Positions 49,076-58,293 of a stretch of DNA of 64,000 nucleotides are shown here, piece after piece (position 1 is the first letter of the stretch; every line of letters starts with the position of its first letter). The translations under genes were made by a program, and so were the position numbers. The notes under the pieces are model-generated. The model was not told where the DNA came from. It saw only the letters and a list, made by a program, of their open reading frames with translations, and did not search any database. This DNA is from Clostridia bacterium (GTDB lineage: Bacteria; Bacillota; Clostridia; Christensenellales; CAG-138), in NCBI GenBank assembly GCA_045603585.1, contig JAZUMK010000012.1, positions 5,176-69,175 of the forward strand, in the 5' to 3' direction.

Positions 49076-50224
49076 ATGACAGAACGTAAATTTGATGTTG
49101 CAGTGGTTGGCGGCGGCGTAGTAGGCGCTGCCGCTGCCTGGAAGCTCAGCAAGGCCGGAGCAAAGGTAGTCCTCATCGAAAAGGACGACCTTTGCGCAGG
49201 TGCATCCTGCACCAACCCCGGCTTCTGCGTGCTCAGCTACAGGGAAAATCCCCTTGTAATGGATATGGCTCTGCGTCAGCAGGCCCAGTGGGATGCCCTT
49301 GTAAGCGAAATAGGCGATGTGGAATACAATCCCTCCGGTGGACTTATTCCCCTTACCGATTCTGCTCAGCAGGGCATACTGGAAGGCCTCTGCAAGCACG
49401 TGAAGGGCATGGGTCTGAGCGATATCCACATGATAACCGCTGAAAAGGCCAAGGAGCTGGAGCCTGAACTGGATGCAAGCAAGCTGGTAGGCGCCTGCTG
49501 GTGTCCCGGCGAAGGCCGTCTGAATCCCTTCAAGCTCAACCTTAACATGGCGGACAGGGCAGTTGCTCTGGGCGCCACCGTTATGACCCATACCGCCGTT
49601 ACCGGCCTCAGGATGAATAACGGCATTGTTGAGGCAGTTGAAACCACCAACGGCGACGTATTTGCAGACCTTGTGATTCTCTGCGGCGGCGCATGGACAA
49701 GGGATCTTGCAGCCATGGCGGGCCATGATCTGCCCATATTTTATGAGCGCGGCGAAGCCATGGTAAGCATGCAGGTGCGCCCCACCATCAAGCGCATGAT
49801 AACCGACGGCGCCCTGTTCAATCAGCCCCTTACCGATGACCATCCCATGGTAATAGGCGCATGTCTGGGCCAGACACACAGCGGCAATATAGTAATTGCC
49901 CAGGCTACATCCCGCCCGGGCAACTATGATAAGTCCAATACTCTGGAAGGTATGAAGGGCGTAGCAAACAGGGTAATCTCCCTGTTCCCCAGCCTGAAGG
50001 ATATTGATATCATCCGTATGTGGTCCGGTCTGGTATCCTACGCCGCGGATAAGGATCCTGTATTCGGCGCATTTGACAGCCCCAAGAACCTGTTCATCGC
50101 CAACTCTTTCCACAGCGCGATAGCTCTGTCTCCCTCAATAGGCGACATGATCGCAGATTACTGGAAGAACGGCACCATACCCGAAGCCGCCAAGGGATAC
50201 ACCCCCATGCGCTTCTGCAAGTAA
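49076..50224 (+). CDS. FAD-dependent amine/amino-acid oxidoreductase (DAO / HcnC / SoxB family)
   Basis: VVGGGVVG, LIEK, GAS, NP, GAW, RMWSG. Confidence 0.87.
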   Translation: MTERKFDVAVVGGGVVGAAAAWKLSKAGAKVVLIEKDDLCAGASCTNPGFCVLSYRENPLVMDMALRQQAQWDALVSEIGDVEYNPSGGLIPLTDSAQQGILEGLCKHVKGMGLSDIHMITAEKAKELEPELDASKLVGACWCPGEGRLNPFKLNLNMADRAVALGATVMTHTAVTGLRMNNGIVEAVETTNGDVFADLVILCGGAWTRDLAAMAGHDLPIFYERGEAMVSMQVRPTIKRMITDGALFNQPLTDDHPMVIGACLGQTHSGNIVIAQATSRPGNYDKSNTLEGMKGVANRVISLFPSLKDIDIIRMWSGLVSYAADKDPVFGAFDSPKNLFIANSFHSAIALSPSIGDMIADYWKNGTIPEAAKGYTPMRFCK

Positions 50225-50231
50225 ATAACGC

Positions 50232-51602
50232 TTAATTCTGCTGGGTACTTCTGAGGAACTTTCCCTCGGGGCTGCCCAGCAGTTTTCCGTTTTCAGCGGC
50301 CAGTTCGCCCCTGAGATACACCCTGCGCACAGTACAGCCCACAGGATATCCCTCAAAGATGGTATAGCCTGCGTTGCTGTGCTCTTCTTTTGCGGTAATT
50401 ACTCTGGGGGCATTGGGGTCCATAAGCAGTATATCCCCATCACTGCCCACGGCAATTGCACCTTTTTGGGGATAAATGCCATGCCTTTTTGCCGCTTCTG
50501 CGGAAAGCCTGTCGGCAAGCTGTTCAAGGGTAAGTCTGCCCTTCTGATAGCCCTCTGAGAACATGAGCGAAGGCATGCTTTCGCAGCCGCCCACGCCGGG
50601 CAGCACGTCAAAGCAGCTGTCTGCCCTCATCTTCTGCTCAATGGTGTAAGGACAATGGTCGGTGGATATCATGCCGATATCACCGTTTATCACATGCTGC
50701 CACAGCCTGCTGCAGTCATCGGCCTTTCTCAGGGGAGGAGTCATTATGTATTTCTGGGGCTCGCTGCCCTCGTAGCAGCTGTCGGTAAGCAGCAGATAAT
50801 GGGGGCAGGTTTCAGCATACACCTTTACGCCCTGTTTGCGCGCCTCGGCAACAAGGTCTGCTCCGTCTCCGGAGGATACATGGGCAATTATCAGCTGAAC
50901 GCCGGTCTTTTCCGCCACCCGGATCAGCTCCTTTACCGCTGCAGCTTCCGCTGCGGCAGGACGGCTTTCGCCATGGCGCCCGGCACCCACTCTGCCCTCA
51001 GCGATAAAGTCCTGCTTTATCCGGGCTATCATGTCGTCATCCTCGCAGTGTGCAAGAATGGACATGCCCAGCTTTGCGGCATTTGAAAACAGCCTTTCCA
51101 TATCCTCACTGGGGAATTTATCCGCGCCGTATGTGGTGTATATCTTGAGTACGCTGATACCCTCGGCAGCAATATCTTCAAGCCTGTCGATATCCTGATA
51201 AAATGCTCCGGTAACCTCCATATGCAGGGCGTAATCGGCATAAGTGCTGCCATCGGCCTGGGCTTTTCTTGCATTTACGCCGTCGGCCCAGCTTTTTTCG
51301 GGCAGAGGGCTTGCAAAGTCCACAAATGTGGTTATTCCGCCGCATACGGCCACTGCAGAGCCCGCACCAAAGTCATCGGCGTTAAATCCGCCGTCAGGAG
51401 TGGGGATCTGAAAATGCACGTGGGAATCAATGGCTCCCGGCAGGGCGATAAGACCGCTTGCATCAAAGAAGTCGCAGCCTTCCGGGGATATTCCCTTCTC
51501 TATGCGGCATATTTTGCCCTCGGATATAAGTATATCGGTATTCACCGCTCCGCCGGGAGTAACCGCCGTTGCGTTTTGAATGAGTACAGGTTTTTTATGC
51601 AT
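50232..51602 (-). CDS. Dihydropyrimidinase / hydantoinase (HydA/HyuA family)
   Basis: PGAIDSHVH, GGITT, candidate carboxylated Lys (LKIY), AHCED, AHVS, ETCPHYL, PPLR, STDH; start at 51602. Confidence 0.9.
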   Translation of the reverse strand: MHKKPVLIQNATAVTPGGAVNTDILISEGKICRIEKGISPEGCDFFDASGLIALPGAIDSHVHFQIPTPDGGFNADDFGAGSAVAVCGGITTFVDFASPLPEKSWADGVNARKAQADGSTYADYALHMEVTGAFYQDIDRLEDIAAEGISVLKIYTTYGADKFPSEDMERLFSNAAKLGMSILAHCEDDDMIARIKQDFIAEGRVGAGRHGESRPAAAEAAAVKELIRVAEKTGVQLIIAHVSSGDGADLVAEARKQGVKVYAETCPHYLLLTDSCYEGSEPQKYIMTPPLRKADDCSRLWQHVINGDIGMISTDHCPYTIEQKMRADSCFDVLPGVGGCESMPSLMFSEGYQKGRLTLEQLADRLSAEAAKRHGIYPQKGAIAVGSDGDILLMDPNAPRVITAKEEHSNAGYTIFEGYPVGCTVRRVYLRGELAAENGKLLGSPEGKFLRSTQQN

Positions 51603-51665
51603 TTTTGTCACCCTCCTTACCGCTTCATTATACGACATAAAGCCGCTGTAACGCCACATAATTCG

Positions 51666-51749
51666 AACTTGCACAAATGTGTAATTTGTCATATGGCACA
51701 AGTATTTATTGCGTATTGATTGATTTAAACCCTGCCAATTTTATATAAT
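51666..51749. promoter_or_regulatory. Candidate operator copy 2 and promoter of the xdh-like operon
   Basis: AACTTGCACAAATGTGTAA (palindrome TTGCACA-aa-TGTGTAA), adjacent TTGT-N8-ACAA (51686-51701), TTGATT-18-TATAAT (51720-51749). Confidence 0.6.
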
Positions 51750-51831
51750 TTAGGTGGGATGATATCTTATTTTATTTTACACAACCATTTACATTACCCC
51801 TCTAAAAAATCTATCCGAAAGGAATACTGCC

Positions 51832-54153
51832 ATGCCGTTGTACGGTAAAAAACAATTTCATGAGATCAACCGTTCTGCCCCCCGCGTAGACGGAGTGGAC
51901 AAGGTAACCGGAAGAGCTACCTACGCCGCTGACCTTACTTTCCCCGGTATGGTTTACGGCGCTATGCTCAGGCTCAACAAAGTGCCCAGCGCCAAGATAA
52001 CCTCAATCGATGCTTCCGAGGCTCTGGCTATCCCCGGAGTTCTTGCCGTTGTTACTCCTTGGGATCTTCCCAAATGCAGAAGCTGGTCCAATTACATGTA
52101 CCTCACTGACCGCGTTCGCTACGTGGGCGATGTTGTTGCGCTTATAGCTGCGGAAACCCGCGAGCTTTGCGAAGAAGCAAAGAAGCACATCAAGGTGGAG
52201 TATGAAGAGCTTCCTGCCGTATTTGATGTTCTCGAAGCCATGAAGGACGGCGCTCCTCAGCTTCACGAGGAGTATCCTAACAACATCTTCACCCCTTCCC
52301 GCTATACCCTTGAAAAGGGCGACGCTGAAAAAGCATTTGCAGAAGCAGCAATAGTTCTGGAAAGGGAATACACCACCCAGTATGCAGAGCACGCCTACAT
52401 CGAGCCCGAAGCGGTTGTAGCCGTTGAAGAGCCCACCGCAGGCGAAATGACCGTTCACGCCTCTGCTCAGAACCCCTTCTTTACCCGTCACTACGTTGCG
52501 GATATCCTCGGCATGCCCATGAACAGGGTACGCGTCATTCAGGAAACCGTTGGCGGAACCTTTGGCGGCAAGGAAGAAGGTCTCGGCCTTATCGCAGGCC
52601 GCAGCGCATATCTGAGCAAGCTTCTCCACCGCCCCGTAAAGATGGTCTTCACCCGCGAAGAGTCCATCATCGAGAGCAGCAAGCGCCATCCCTTCGTGCT
52701 GCGCTACAAGGCAGGCCTGGATAAGGAAGGCCATATCATTGCATGGAAGGCCGAGCAGATCGACAACTCCGGCGCATACAACAACCAGACCCAGTTCATG
52801 AACTGCCGCGCAACCATTCACTGCGCCGGCGCATACAATATCCCCAATATCTCCGGTGTTACCTACGGCGTATTCACCAACAACATCCACAGCGGCGCAT
52901 TCCGTGGCTACTCCAGCCCCGAGCTGCTGTTTGCTCAGGAGCAGTTCGTGGAAGAGCTGGCCGAAGCAGCAGGCATGACCGCTCTGGAATTCCGCAAGCT
53001 CAACTGCCTGAAGGATGGCGCCACCGTTGCCGTGGGCACCAAAGTGGACAACGTGATCCTTCCCGAAATGATTGACTATACTGCAGAGCAGACCGATTAT
53101 CAGGCAAAGCAGGATAAGTACAGGAACCAGACCGGCCGCTTCCGCAAGGGCATCGGCATGGCCATCTCCCACCGCGGCTGCGGCTACGGTGCAGAAACTC
53201 CCGATGCAGCAGGCTGCTTCCTCATCATAAACGAAGACGGCTCCGTAATGCTGCACTCCGGCATGGCCGAAAACGGTCAGGGACTTAAAACCGCATTCTG
53301 CCAGATAGCCGCCGAAGCTCTGGGCGTGACCCTGGACAGCATCCACTTCTACGGTACAGACACCCACTCCATCGCAGACTGCGGCATGACCGTTGCTTCC
53401 CGCGGTACCGTAATGGGCTCTCAGCCCGTACGCAAGGCAGGCGAAAAGCTCAACGGCATCCTCAGAAACAATGTCATCGAGCTGGGCTTCTTTGCCGCAG
53501 GCAAGGGCGGCTGCGATAAGGACAGAACCGCGGATGACATCATTCTCCGCGACAGCATGTTCTACGATCCCAACTATCCCGATTATAAGCTCCCCCTCTC
53601 CCAGGCAGCAGGCGCCATTTTCTGGACCGGCCAGTGCCTCTCCGCCTACGAGTGGTTCTCTCCCCCTGCCTACGATTTGAATCACCACACCATGCAGGGC
53701 AAGGCATTCCCCAACTACTCCTATGCCTGCGTAGTTGCAGAAGTGGAAGTAGATACCGCTACCGGCGAAGTTGTGGTTGAAAAGGTAACCAGCAGCCACG
53801 ACGTGGGCACCGCCATAAACCCCGCCCTCATTACCGGTCAGGTATACGGCGGCATCGTAATGGGTCAGGGCTACGGCACTATGGAAGAAGTTGAAACCCG
53901 CAAGGGCATGCTTCTGAGCCGCAACCTGGACGAATACCTTATCCCCACCGCAATGGACATGCCCGAAATGCAGGTAAACATTTTCGAATGTGACGACCCC
54001 AACGGCACCTACGGCGCAAAGAGCGTTGGCGAGCCTGCCACTGAGGCAGTTGCCGCTGCAGTTGCAAACGCCGTTGCAAACGCAACCGGCAAGCGCATCC
54101 GCAACAACCCCGCCACACTTGAAAACGTACGCCTTGGCAAGAAGCTGAGATAG
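51832..54153 (+). CDS. Xanthine dehydrogenase-family molybdopterin-binding subunit 1
   Basis: KVTGRATY, HAYIEP, QNPF, GGTFGGK, AFRGYS, GQG, ASRGT, KSVGEP. Confidence 0.92.
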   Translation: MPLYGKKQFHEINRSAPRVDGVDKVTGRATYAADLTFPGMVYGAMLRLNKVPSAKITSIDASEALAIPGVLAVVTPWDLPKCRSWSNYMYLTDRVRYVGDVVALIAAETRELCEEAKKHIKVEYEELPAVFDVLEAMKDGAPQLHEEYPNNIFTPSRYTLEKGDAEKAFAEAAIVLEREYTTQYAEHAYIEPEAVVAVEEPTAGEMTVHASAQNPFFTRHYVADILGMPMNRVRVIQETVGGTFGGKEEGLGLIAGRSAYLSKLLHRPVKMVFTREESIIESSKRHPFVLRYKAGLDKEGHIIAWKAEQIDNSGAYNNQTQFMNCRATIHCAGAYNIPNISGVTYGVFTNNIHSGAFRGYSSPELLFAQEQFVEELAEAAGMTALEFRKLNCLKDGATVAVGTKVDNVILPEMIDYTAEQTDYQAKQDKYRNQTGRFRKGIGMAISHRGCGYGAETPDAAGCFLIINEDGSVMLHSGMAENGQGLKTAFCQIAAEALGVTLDSIHFYGTDTHSIADCGMTVASRGTVMGSQPVRKAGEKLNGILRNNVIELGFFAAGKGGCDKDRTADDIILRDSMFYDPNYPDYKLPLSQAAGAIFWTGQCLSAYEWFSPPAYDLNHHTMQGKAFPNYSYACVVAEVEVDTATGEVVVEKVTSSHDVGTAINPALITGQVYGGIVMGQGYGTMEEVETRKGMLLSRNLDEYLIPTAMDMPEMQVNIFECDDPNGTYGAKSVGEPATEAVAAAVANAVANATGKRIRNNPATLENVRLGKKLR

Positions 54154-54162
54154 GAGGGCAAT

Positions 54163-55038
54163 ATGAGAGAATTTTCCTACGTAAGACCCAAAACTCTTGA
54201 CGAGGCCCTGGAGCTTATGCAGCTTCACGCAGGCAGCATCCGCCCCTATGCAGGCGGTACCGACATAATGGTACACCTGAGAGCAGGCAGCGCAAGATTT
54301 GACAACCTGGACTATATGATGGACCTTGGCGACCTTCAGGAGCTTAAGGGCGTTACTTACGAAAACGGCACCGTAACCGTTGGCGCAATGGTCTCTCATG
54401 AGTGCGTATCCCATCACCCCATCGTACTGGAGCATGCTCCCATGCTGGCTCAGGCCTGCCACACCGTAGGCGCAACCCAGATCCGCAATGCCGGTACCAT
54501 CGGCGGCAACGTCTGCAATGCTTCCATCGCAGCAGACAGCCTTTCTCCCCTTGCTGCCATGGATGCCGTATGCAACCTGCAGAGCAAGACCGCAAGCCGC
54601 AGCATTCCTCTCGCCCAGTTTATCACCGGATCCGAGAAGACCTGTATCCAGCCCGATGAGCTGCTGGTAAGCATCAGCTTCCCCTCCTTCAAGGAATGGA
54701 ACACCGCTTTCTTCAAGCTGGGCCGCAGGCGCGCGCTGGCCATCTCCAGAATAACCGCCTCCACCGCCCTTCGCGTTGTGGATGGAAAGATAGCAGAAGC
54801 CCGCATCGCCCCCGGCTGCGTATTCGTATCCCCCAGGCGCTGCACCGCGGCTGAAGATATGCTCAAGGATAAGGAACCCTCTCTGGCCCTGTTCAACGCA
54901 GTAGGCGAAGAGGTGGCAAACGAAATGGTGGCCGTAACCGGCGTACGCTGGAGCACAGAGTACAAGCAGCCTGTTCTTGCAAGCGTTGTAAGCAGCGCAC
55001 TCTGCATGGCAGCAGGCATATCTATGGAGGAAAAATAA
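54163..55038 (+). CDS. XDH-family FAD subunit
   Basis: AGGTD, QIRNAGTIGGN, ADS, KLGRR. Confidence 0.92.
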   Translation: MREFSYVRPKTLDEALELMQLHAGSIRPYAGGTDIMVHLRAGSARFDNLDYMMDLGDLQELKGVTYENGTVTVGAMVSHECVSHHPIVLEHAPMLAQACHTVGATQIRNAGTIGGNVCNASIAADSLSPLAAMDAVCNLQSKTASRSIPLAQFITGSEKTCIQPDELLVSISFPSFKEWNTAFFKLGRRRALAISRITASTALRVVDGKIAEARIAPGCVFVSPRRCTAAEDMLKDKEPSLALFNAVGEEVANEMVAVTGVRWSTEYKQPVLASVVSSALCMAAGISMEEK

Positions 55039-55500
55039 ATGCCTACACTTAATTTCACCCTTAACGACAAGCCTGTCTCCGTTGAAGTAAGCGCAAACGC
55101 AAGGCTGTTGGATGTTATCAGAGAGCAGCTGGGTCTCACCGGCACCAAAGAAGGCTGCGGCGTTGGCGAATGCGGCGCATGCACCGTTATCGTGGACGGC
55201 GACGCAGTGGATTCCTGCCTCACCCTGGCCATGAGCGTAGAGGGCAAGAGCGTTCTCACCGTTGAAGGCCTTGCAAAGGACGGAAGGCTCAGCAGGCTTC
55301 AGCAGGCGGTTCTGGATCACCATGCTCTCCAGTGCGGCTATTGCACTCCCGGCTTCCTTATGAGCGCAACCGCCCTGCTCAACAAGAATCCCCATCCCAC
55401 CCGTGAAGAAATAAAAGTAGCCATCGCCGGCAACCTTTGCCGCTGCACCGGCTATGAACAGCTCATTCAGGCTATCCTGGATGCGTCACAGGACGAATAA
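55039..55500 (+). CDS. XDH-family 2x[2Fe-2S] subunit 1
   Basis: GCGVGECGACTV, QCGYCTPG, NLCRCTGY. Confidence 0.95.
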   Translation: MPTLNFTLNDKPVSVEVSANARLLDVIREQLGLTGTKEGCGVGECGACTVIVDGDAVDSCLTLAMSVEGKSVLTVEGLAKDGRLSRLQQAVLDHHALQCGYCTPGFLMSATALLNKNPHPTREEIKVAIAGNLCRCTGYEQLIQAILDASQDE

Positions 55501-55513
55501 AAATCATAATAAA

Positions 55514-55549
55514 TTAATGCAACCGCATATTTCTGTGCGGTTGCATTAA
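55514..55549. other. Strong intergenic hairpin
   Basis: TTAATGCAACCGCA-tatttctg-TGCGGTTGCATTAA, with no T tract on the plus strand. Confidence 0.7.
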
Positions 55550-55591
55550 ACGTATCAGGATAATTTATAAAAAGTATTGGAGGTACTTATT

Positions 55592-56578
55592 TTGGCGCAG
55601 CTTTATACTGTAGCATTGTTCAAGCCTCTCGGCATGACAATCAAGGGCGCAGCAGCATGCTATGTGTTTGCTCTGGCCTATGTGGTCATACTGGTAGCGC
55701 TGGGTCTCTGGTGGAACCGCAATCAATATTCCGCCGTTGTTGAAGAAGGCTGGAGCAGCCGCGTTATTGCTCGAATCGCAATATTCACCGCTCTTTCCGC
55801 CGCCGGCGGCCTTATTACCCTCCCCGGCGCGACCAGCATCCGCTTTGACTCCCTTTCCGGCTATTTCGCAACCCTGATGTTCGGCTGGCAGATAGGCGCC
55901 ATAGTAGCTGCCTTCGGCGCATTCTTCTCCGAGCTTATGTCCGGTTTCTCCGGCTGGGCTCCCCTCGCGCCCTATTACATGATAACCATGGCATTTGCAG
56001 TTACCTGCTTTGGCGCAGCCACCAAGAAGTGGGGCCGCACCGCCGGTATCATCTGCGGTACTCTGGCAAACACCATGTGCGTTGTTCCCTGGCCTCTCAT
56101 GATGGGCTGGGGCATGCTGGCCACCACCTTTGTTCAGCAGGTTGTAGGTTCCTATGCAAACTGCCTGTTGGCAGCCATCGCGTTCTCCATGATTTCCGCC
56201 GCTCAGATGCGCCGTCGCTATGAAGAGCCCGTGGACGAAGAAGAGCTCAGGATAGTTAACGCCATGCTGGAAGAGGATGCACGCCTGCATCCCGGCAAGG
56301 CCAGGAAGTACGAGGAAGCCGGCAAATCCGGCAGCAAGGGCAAGAAGGGCTCCATCATGCTGTTCCTGGGCATTTCCCTCGTAATCCTTCAGGTAATCAT
56401 GCTTATCAACACCAAGGTGCGCACCAAGAAGTTCCCCGATCTCACCGTACAGGATATGCAGGATCTCATCAACTTCGTGCAGGTCATGTGGATCGGCGTT
56501 CTCGGCATTGTATTCGCCATTGCCGGTGCAGTAAAGCGCATTAAGAGCAGCCGCAGCAGTGCAAAGGAGGTTCAGTAA
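55592..56578 (+). CDS. ECF transporter S component (CblT-like core with N- and C-terminal extensions)
   Basis: Core IAIFTALSAAGGLITLP..SIRFDSLSGYFATL.FG..GAIVAA; TTG at 55592 after GGAGG; lies upstream of ECF A-A' and T genes. Confidence 0.75.
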   Translation: MAQLYTVALFKPLGMTIKGAAACYVFALAYVVILVALGLWWNRNQYSAVVEEGWSSRVIARIAIFTALSAAGGLITLPGATSIRFDSLSGYFATLMFGWQIGAIVAAFGAFFSELMSGFSGWAPLAPYYMITMAFAVTCFGAATKKWGRTAGIICGTLANTMCVVPWPLMMGWGMLATTFVQQVVGSYANCLLAAIAFSMISAAQMRRRYEEPVDEEELRIVNAMLEEDARLHPGKARKYEEAGKSGSKGKKGSIMLFLGISLVILQVIMLINTKVRTKKFPDLTVQDMQDLINFVQVMWIGVLGIVFAIAGAVKRIKSSRSSAKEVQ

Positions 56579-58291
56579 GTGAGCGAGCCCATCATCAAAG
56601 TACAAGACGTTAATTTTGTTTACGAAGGCAGCAAAAGGCGCGCCATCGCAGACATTAATCTTACCGTAAACAAGGGCGAATTTCTGGTAATCACCGGCCC
56701 CACCGGCGCCGGTAAATCCACCCTGTGCCAGTGTCTCAACGGCATAATCCCCAACTTTACCAAGGGCGTTATGACCGGCAAGGTTGAGGTTTGCGGCATG
56801 AACACCCGCGAACATCCCGTATACGAACTGGCCCCCCATGTAGGTCTGGTATTTCAGGATGCAGACTCTCAGCTGTTCGGCATGACCGTTGAAGAGGATA
56901 TCGTATTCGGTCCCAGCAATCTGGGTCATGATTACGAAGAATGTATGCGCCGCATCGACAAGGCCCTTAAGGACCTTCACATCGAGCACCTCAGGGACCG
57001 CAAGCCTCAGGAGCTTTCCGGCGGCCAGAAGCAGTCCGTTGCAGTTGGCGGCGTATACGCCATGCTTCCCGATGTCATCATCTTTGATGAACCTACCAGC
57101 ATGCTGGACCCCTGGGGCAAGCACAACGTATTCTCCATAATCAAGGATATCAACAAGCTCTACGGCATCACCATCGTGCTGGTTGAGCATGAAATGAACC
57201 ATATCGCAGCCTATGCGGACAGAGTTGCCGTAATGGACAAGGGCAGAATAGTTCTTCAGGGCACCACCGAAGAGGTATTCGCACAGACCGAAAGGCTTGC
57301 AGAGCTTGGTATGAACGTTCCTCAGGCCATCGACCTGGGCCGCAAGCTGGTTGCAGACGGCGTTCTCTCCTCTGTTCCCATGAGCGCAGATGCAATGATC
57401 GCCGCCCTTAAGGACGTGGAAGTAAAGGGCATTGCCCAAAAGGAAGCAGCAAAGTCCGCTCCTGTTTCCGCAAACCCTGTTATCAATGCTCAGAATCTGG
57501 TATTCAGCTATCTTGGCGATACCCGTCAGCTGGACGACGTATCCGTTTCCTTTGACAAGGGGGATTTCGTTGCAGTTATCGGCCAGAACGGCGCAGGCAA
57601 GACCACCCTTATGCGCAGCATAATCGGTCTGCTCAAGCCCCAGTCCGGCGTGATAACCGTAAACGGCGAAGATATTTCCGCAAAGACCGTTGCAGAGCTG
57701 TCCGCATCCGTTGGTTATGTATTCCAGAACCCCGATGAACAGATATTCACCGACAGCGTTCTTGATGAGCTGAAGTTCGGCCCCGAAAATCTGGGCCGCG
57801 ACGTTTCCTCCAGCGAAGCGCTGATAGAAGAAATCCTCGCTGAGGTTGGCCTTAACCATCACCGCAACACCTGGCCCAAATACCTGAGCAAGGGCGAGCG
57901 TCAGAGGCTTACCATGGGCGCAATCATCGCCATGGATCCCGACGTAATCATCGTTGACGAGCCCACCACCGGTCAGGACTGGCGCGAGACCCTGTGGATA
58001 ATGGAGCTGCTCAAGAAGATGAACCAGCGCGGCAAGACCATCCTCATCATCACCCACAATATGGAAATAGTAAACCGCTACTGCAAGCGCGTGCTTGTAA
58101 TGCAGGGCGGCCACATACTCCTGGATGGCACCCCCGAAGAAGTATTCACCCATTCCGAGCTGCTGAGCGAAGCAAGAGTAGAGCCCACCGATATCATGAA
58201 GATCGCCCAGGCGCTCCCCTATATGCCGGATAATATCCTCTCCGTGGATGACTTCTACAAACTCTTCAGCGAAATCAGAAAGGAGGCCTAA
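56579..58291 (+). CDS. ECF transporter fused A-A' ATPase
   Basis: GPTGAGKST / FQD / LSGGQKQ / DEPT and GQNGAGKTT / FQNPD / DEPTTGQD. Confidence 0.92.
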   Translation: MSEPIIKVQDVNFVYEGSKRRAIADINLTVNKGEFLVITGPTGAGKSTLCQCLNGIIPNFTKGVMTGKVEVCGMNTREHPVYELAPHVGLVFQDADSQLFGMTVEEDIVFGPSNLGHDYEECMRRIDKALKDLHIEHLRDRKPQELSGGQKQSVAVGGVYAMLPDVIIFDEPTSMLDPWGKHNVFSIIKDINKLYGITIVLVEHEMNHIAAYADRVAVMDKGRIVLQGTTEEVFAQTERLAELGMNVPQAIDLGRKLVADGVLSSVPMSADAMIAALKDVEVKGIAQKEAAKSAPVSANPVINAQNLVFSYLGDTRQLDDVSVSFDKGDFVAVIGQNGAGKTTLMRSIIGLLKPQSGVITVNGEDISAKTVAELSASVGYVFQNPDEQIFTDSVLDELKFGPENLGRDVSSSEALIEEILAEVGLNHHRNTWPKYLSKGERQRLTMGAIIAMDPDVIIVDEPTTGQDWRETLWIMELLKKMNQRGKTILIITHNMEIVNRYCKRVLVMQGGHILLDGTPEEVFTHSELLSEARVEPTDIMKIAQALPYMPDNILSVDDFYKLFSEIRKEA

Positions 58292-58293
58292 TC

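Noticed and set aside
51694-51712. TGGCAC as a possible sigma54 promoter
   Set aside because: The -12 element TTGC is not at the required spacing; TTTA is found there instead.
52003-58153. Very long antisense ORFs (1130 aa, 862 aa, and similar ones opposite most island genes)
   Set aside because: They are shadow frames of well-supported plus-strand genes. They show no recognisable motifs and are explained by codon bias that leaves few antisense stops.
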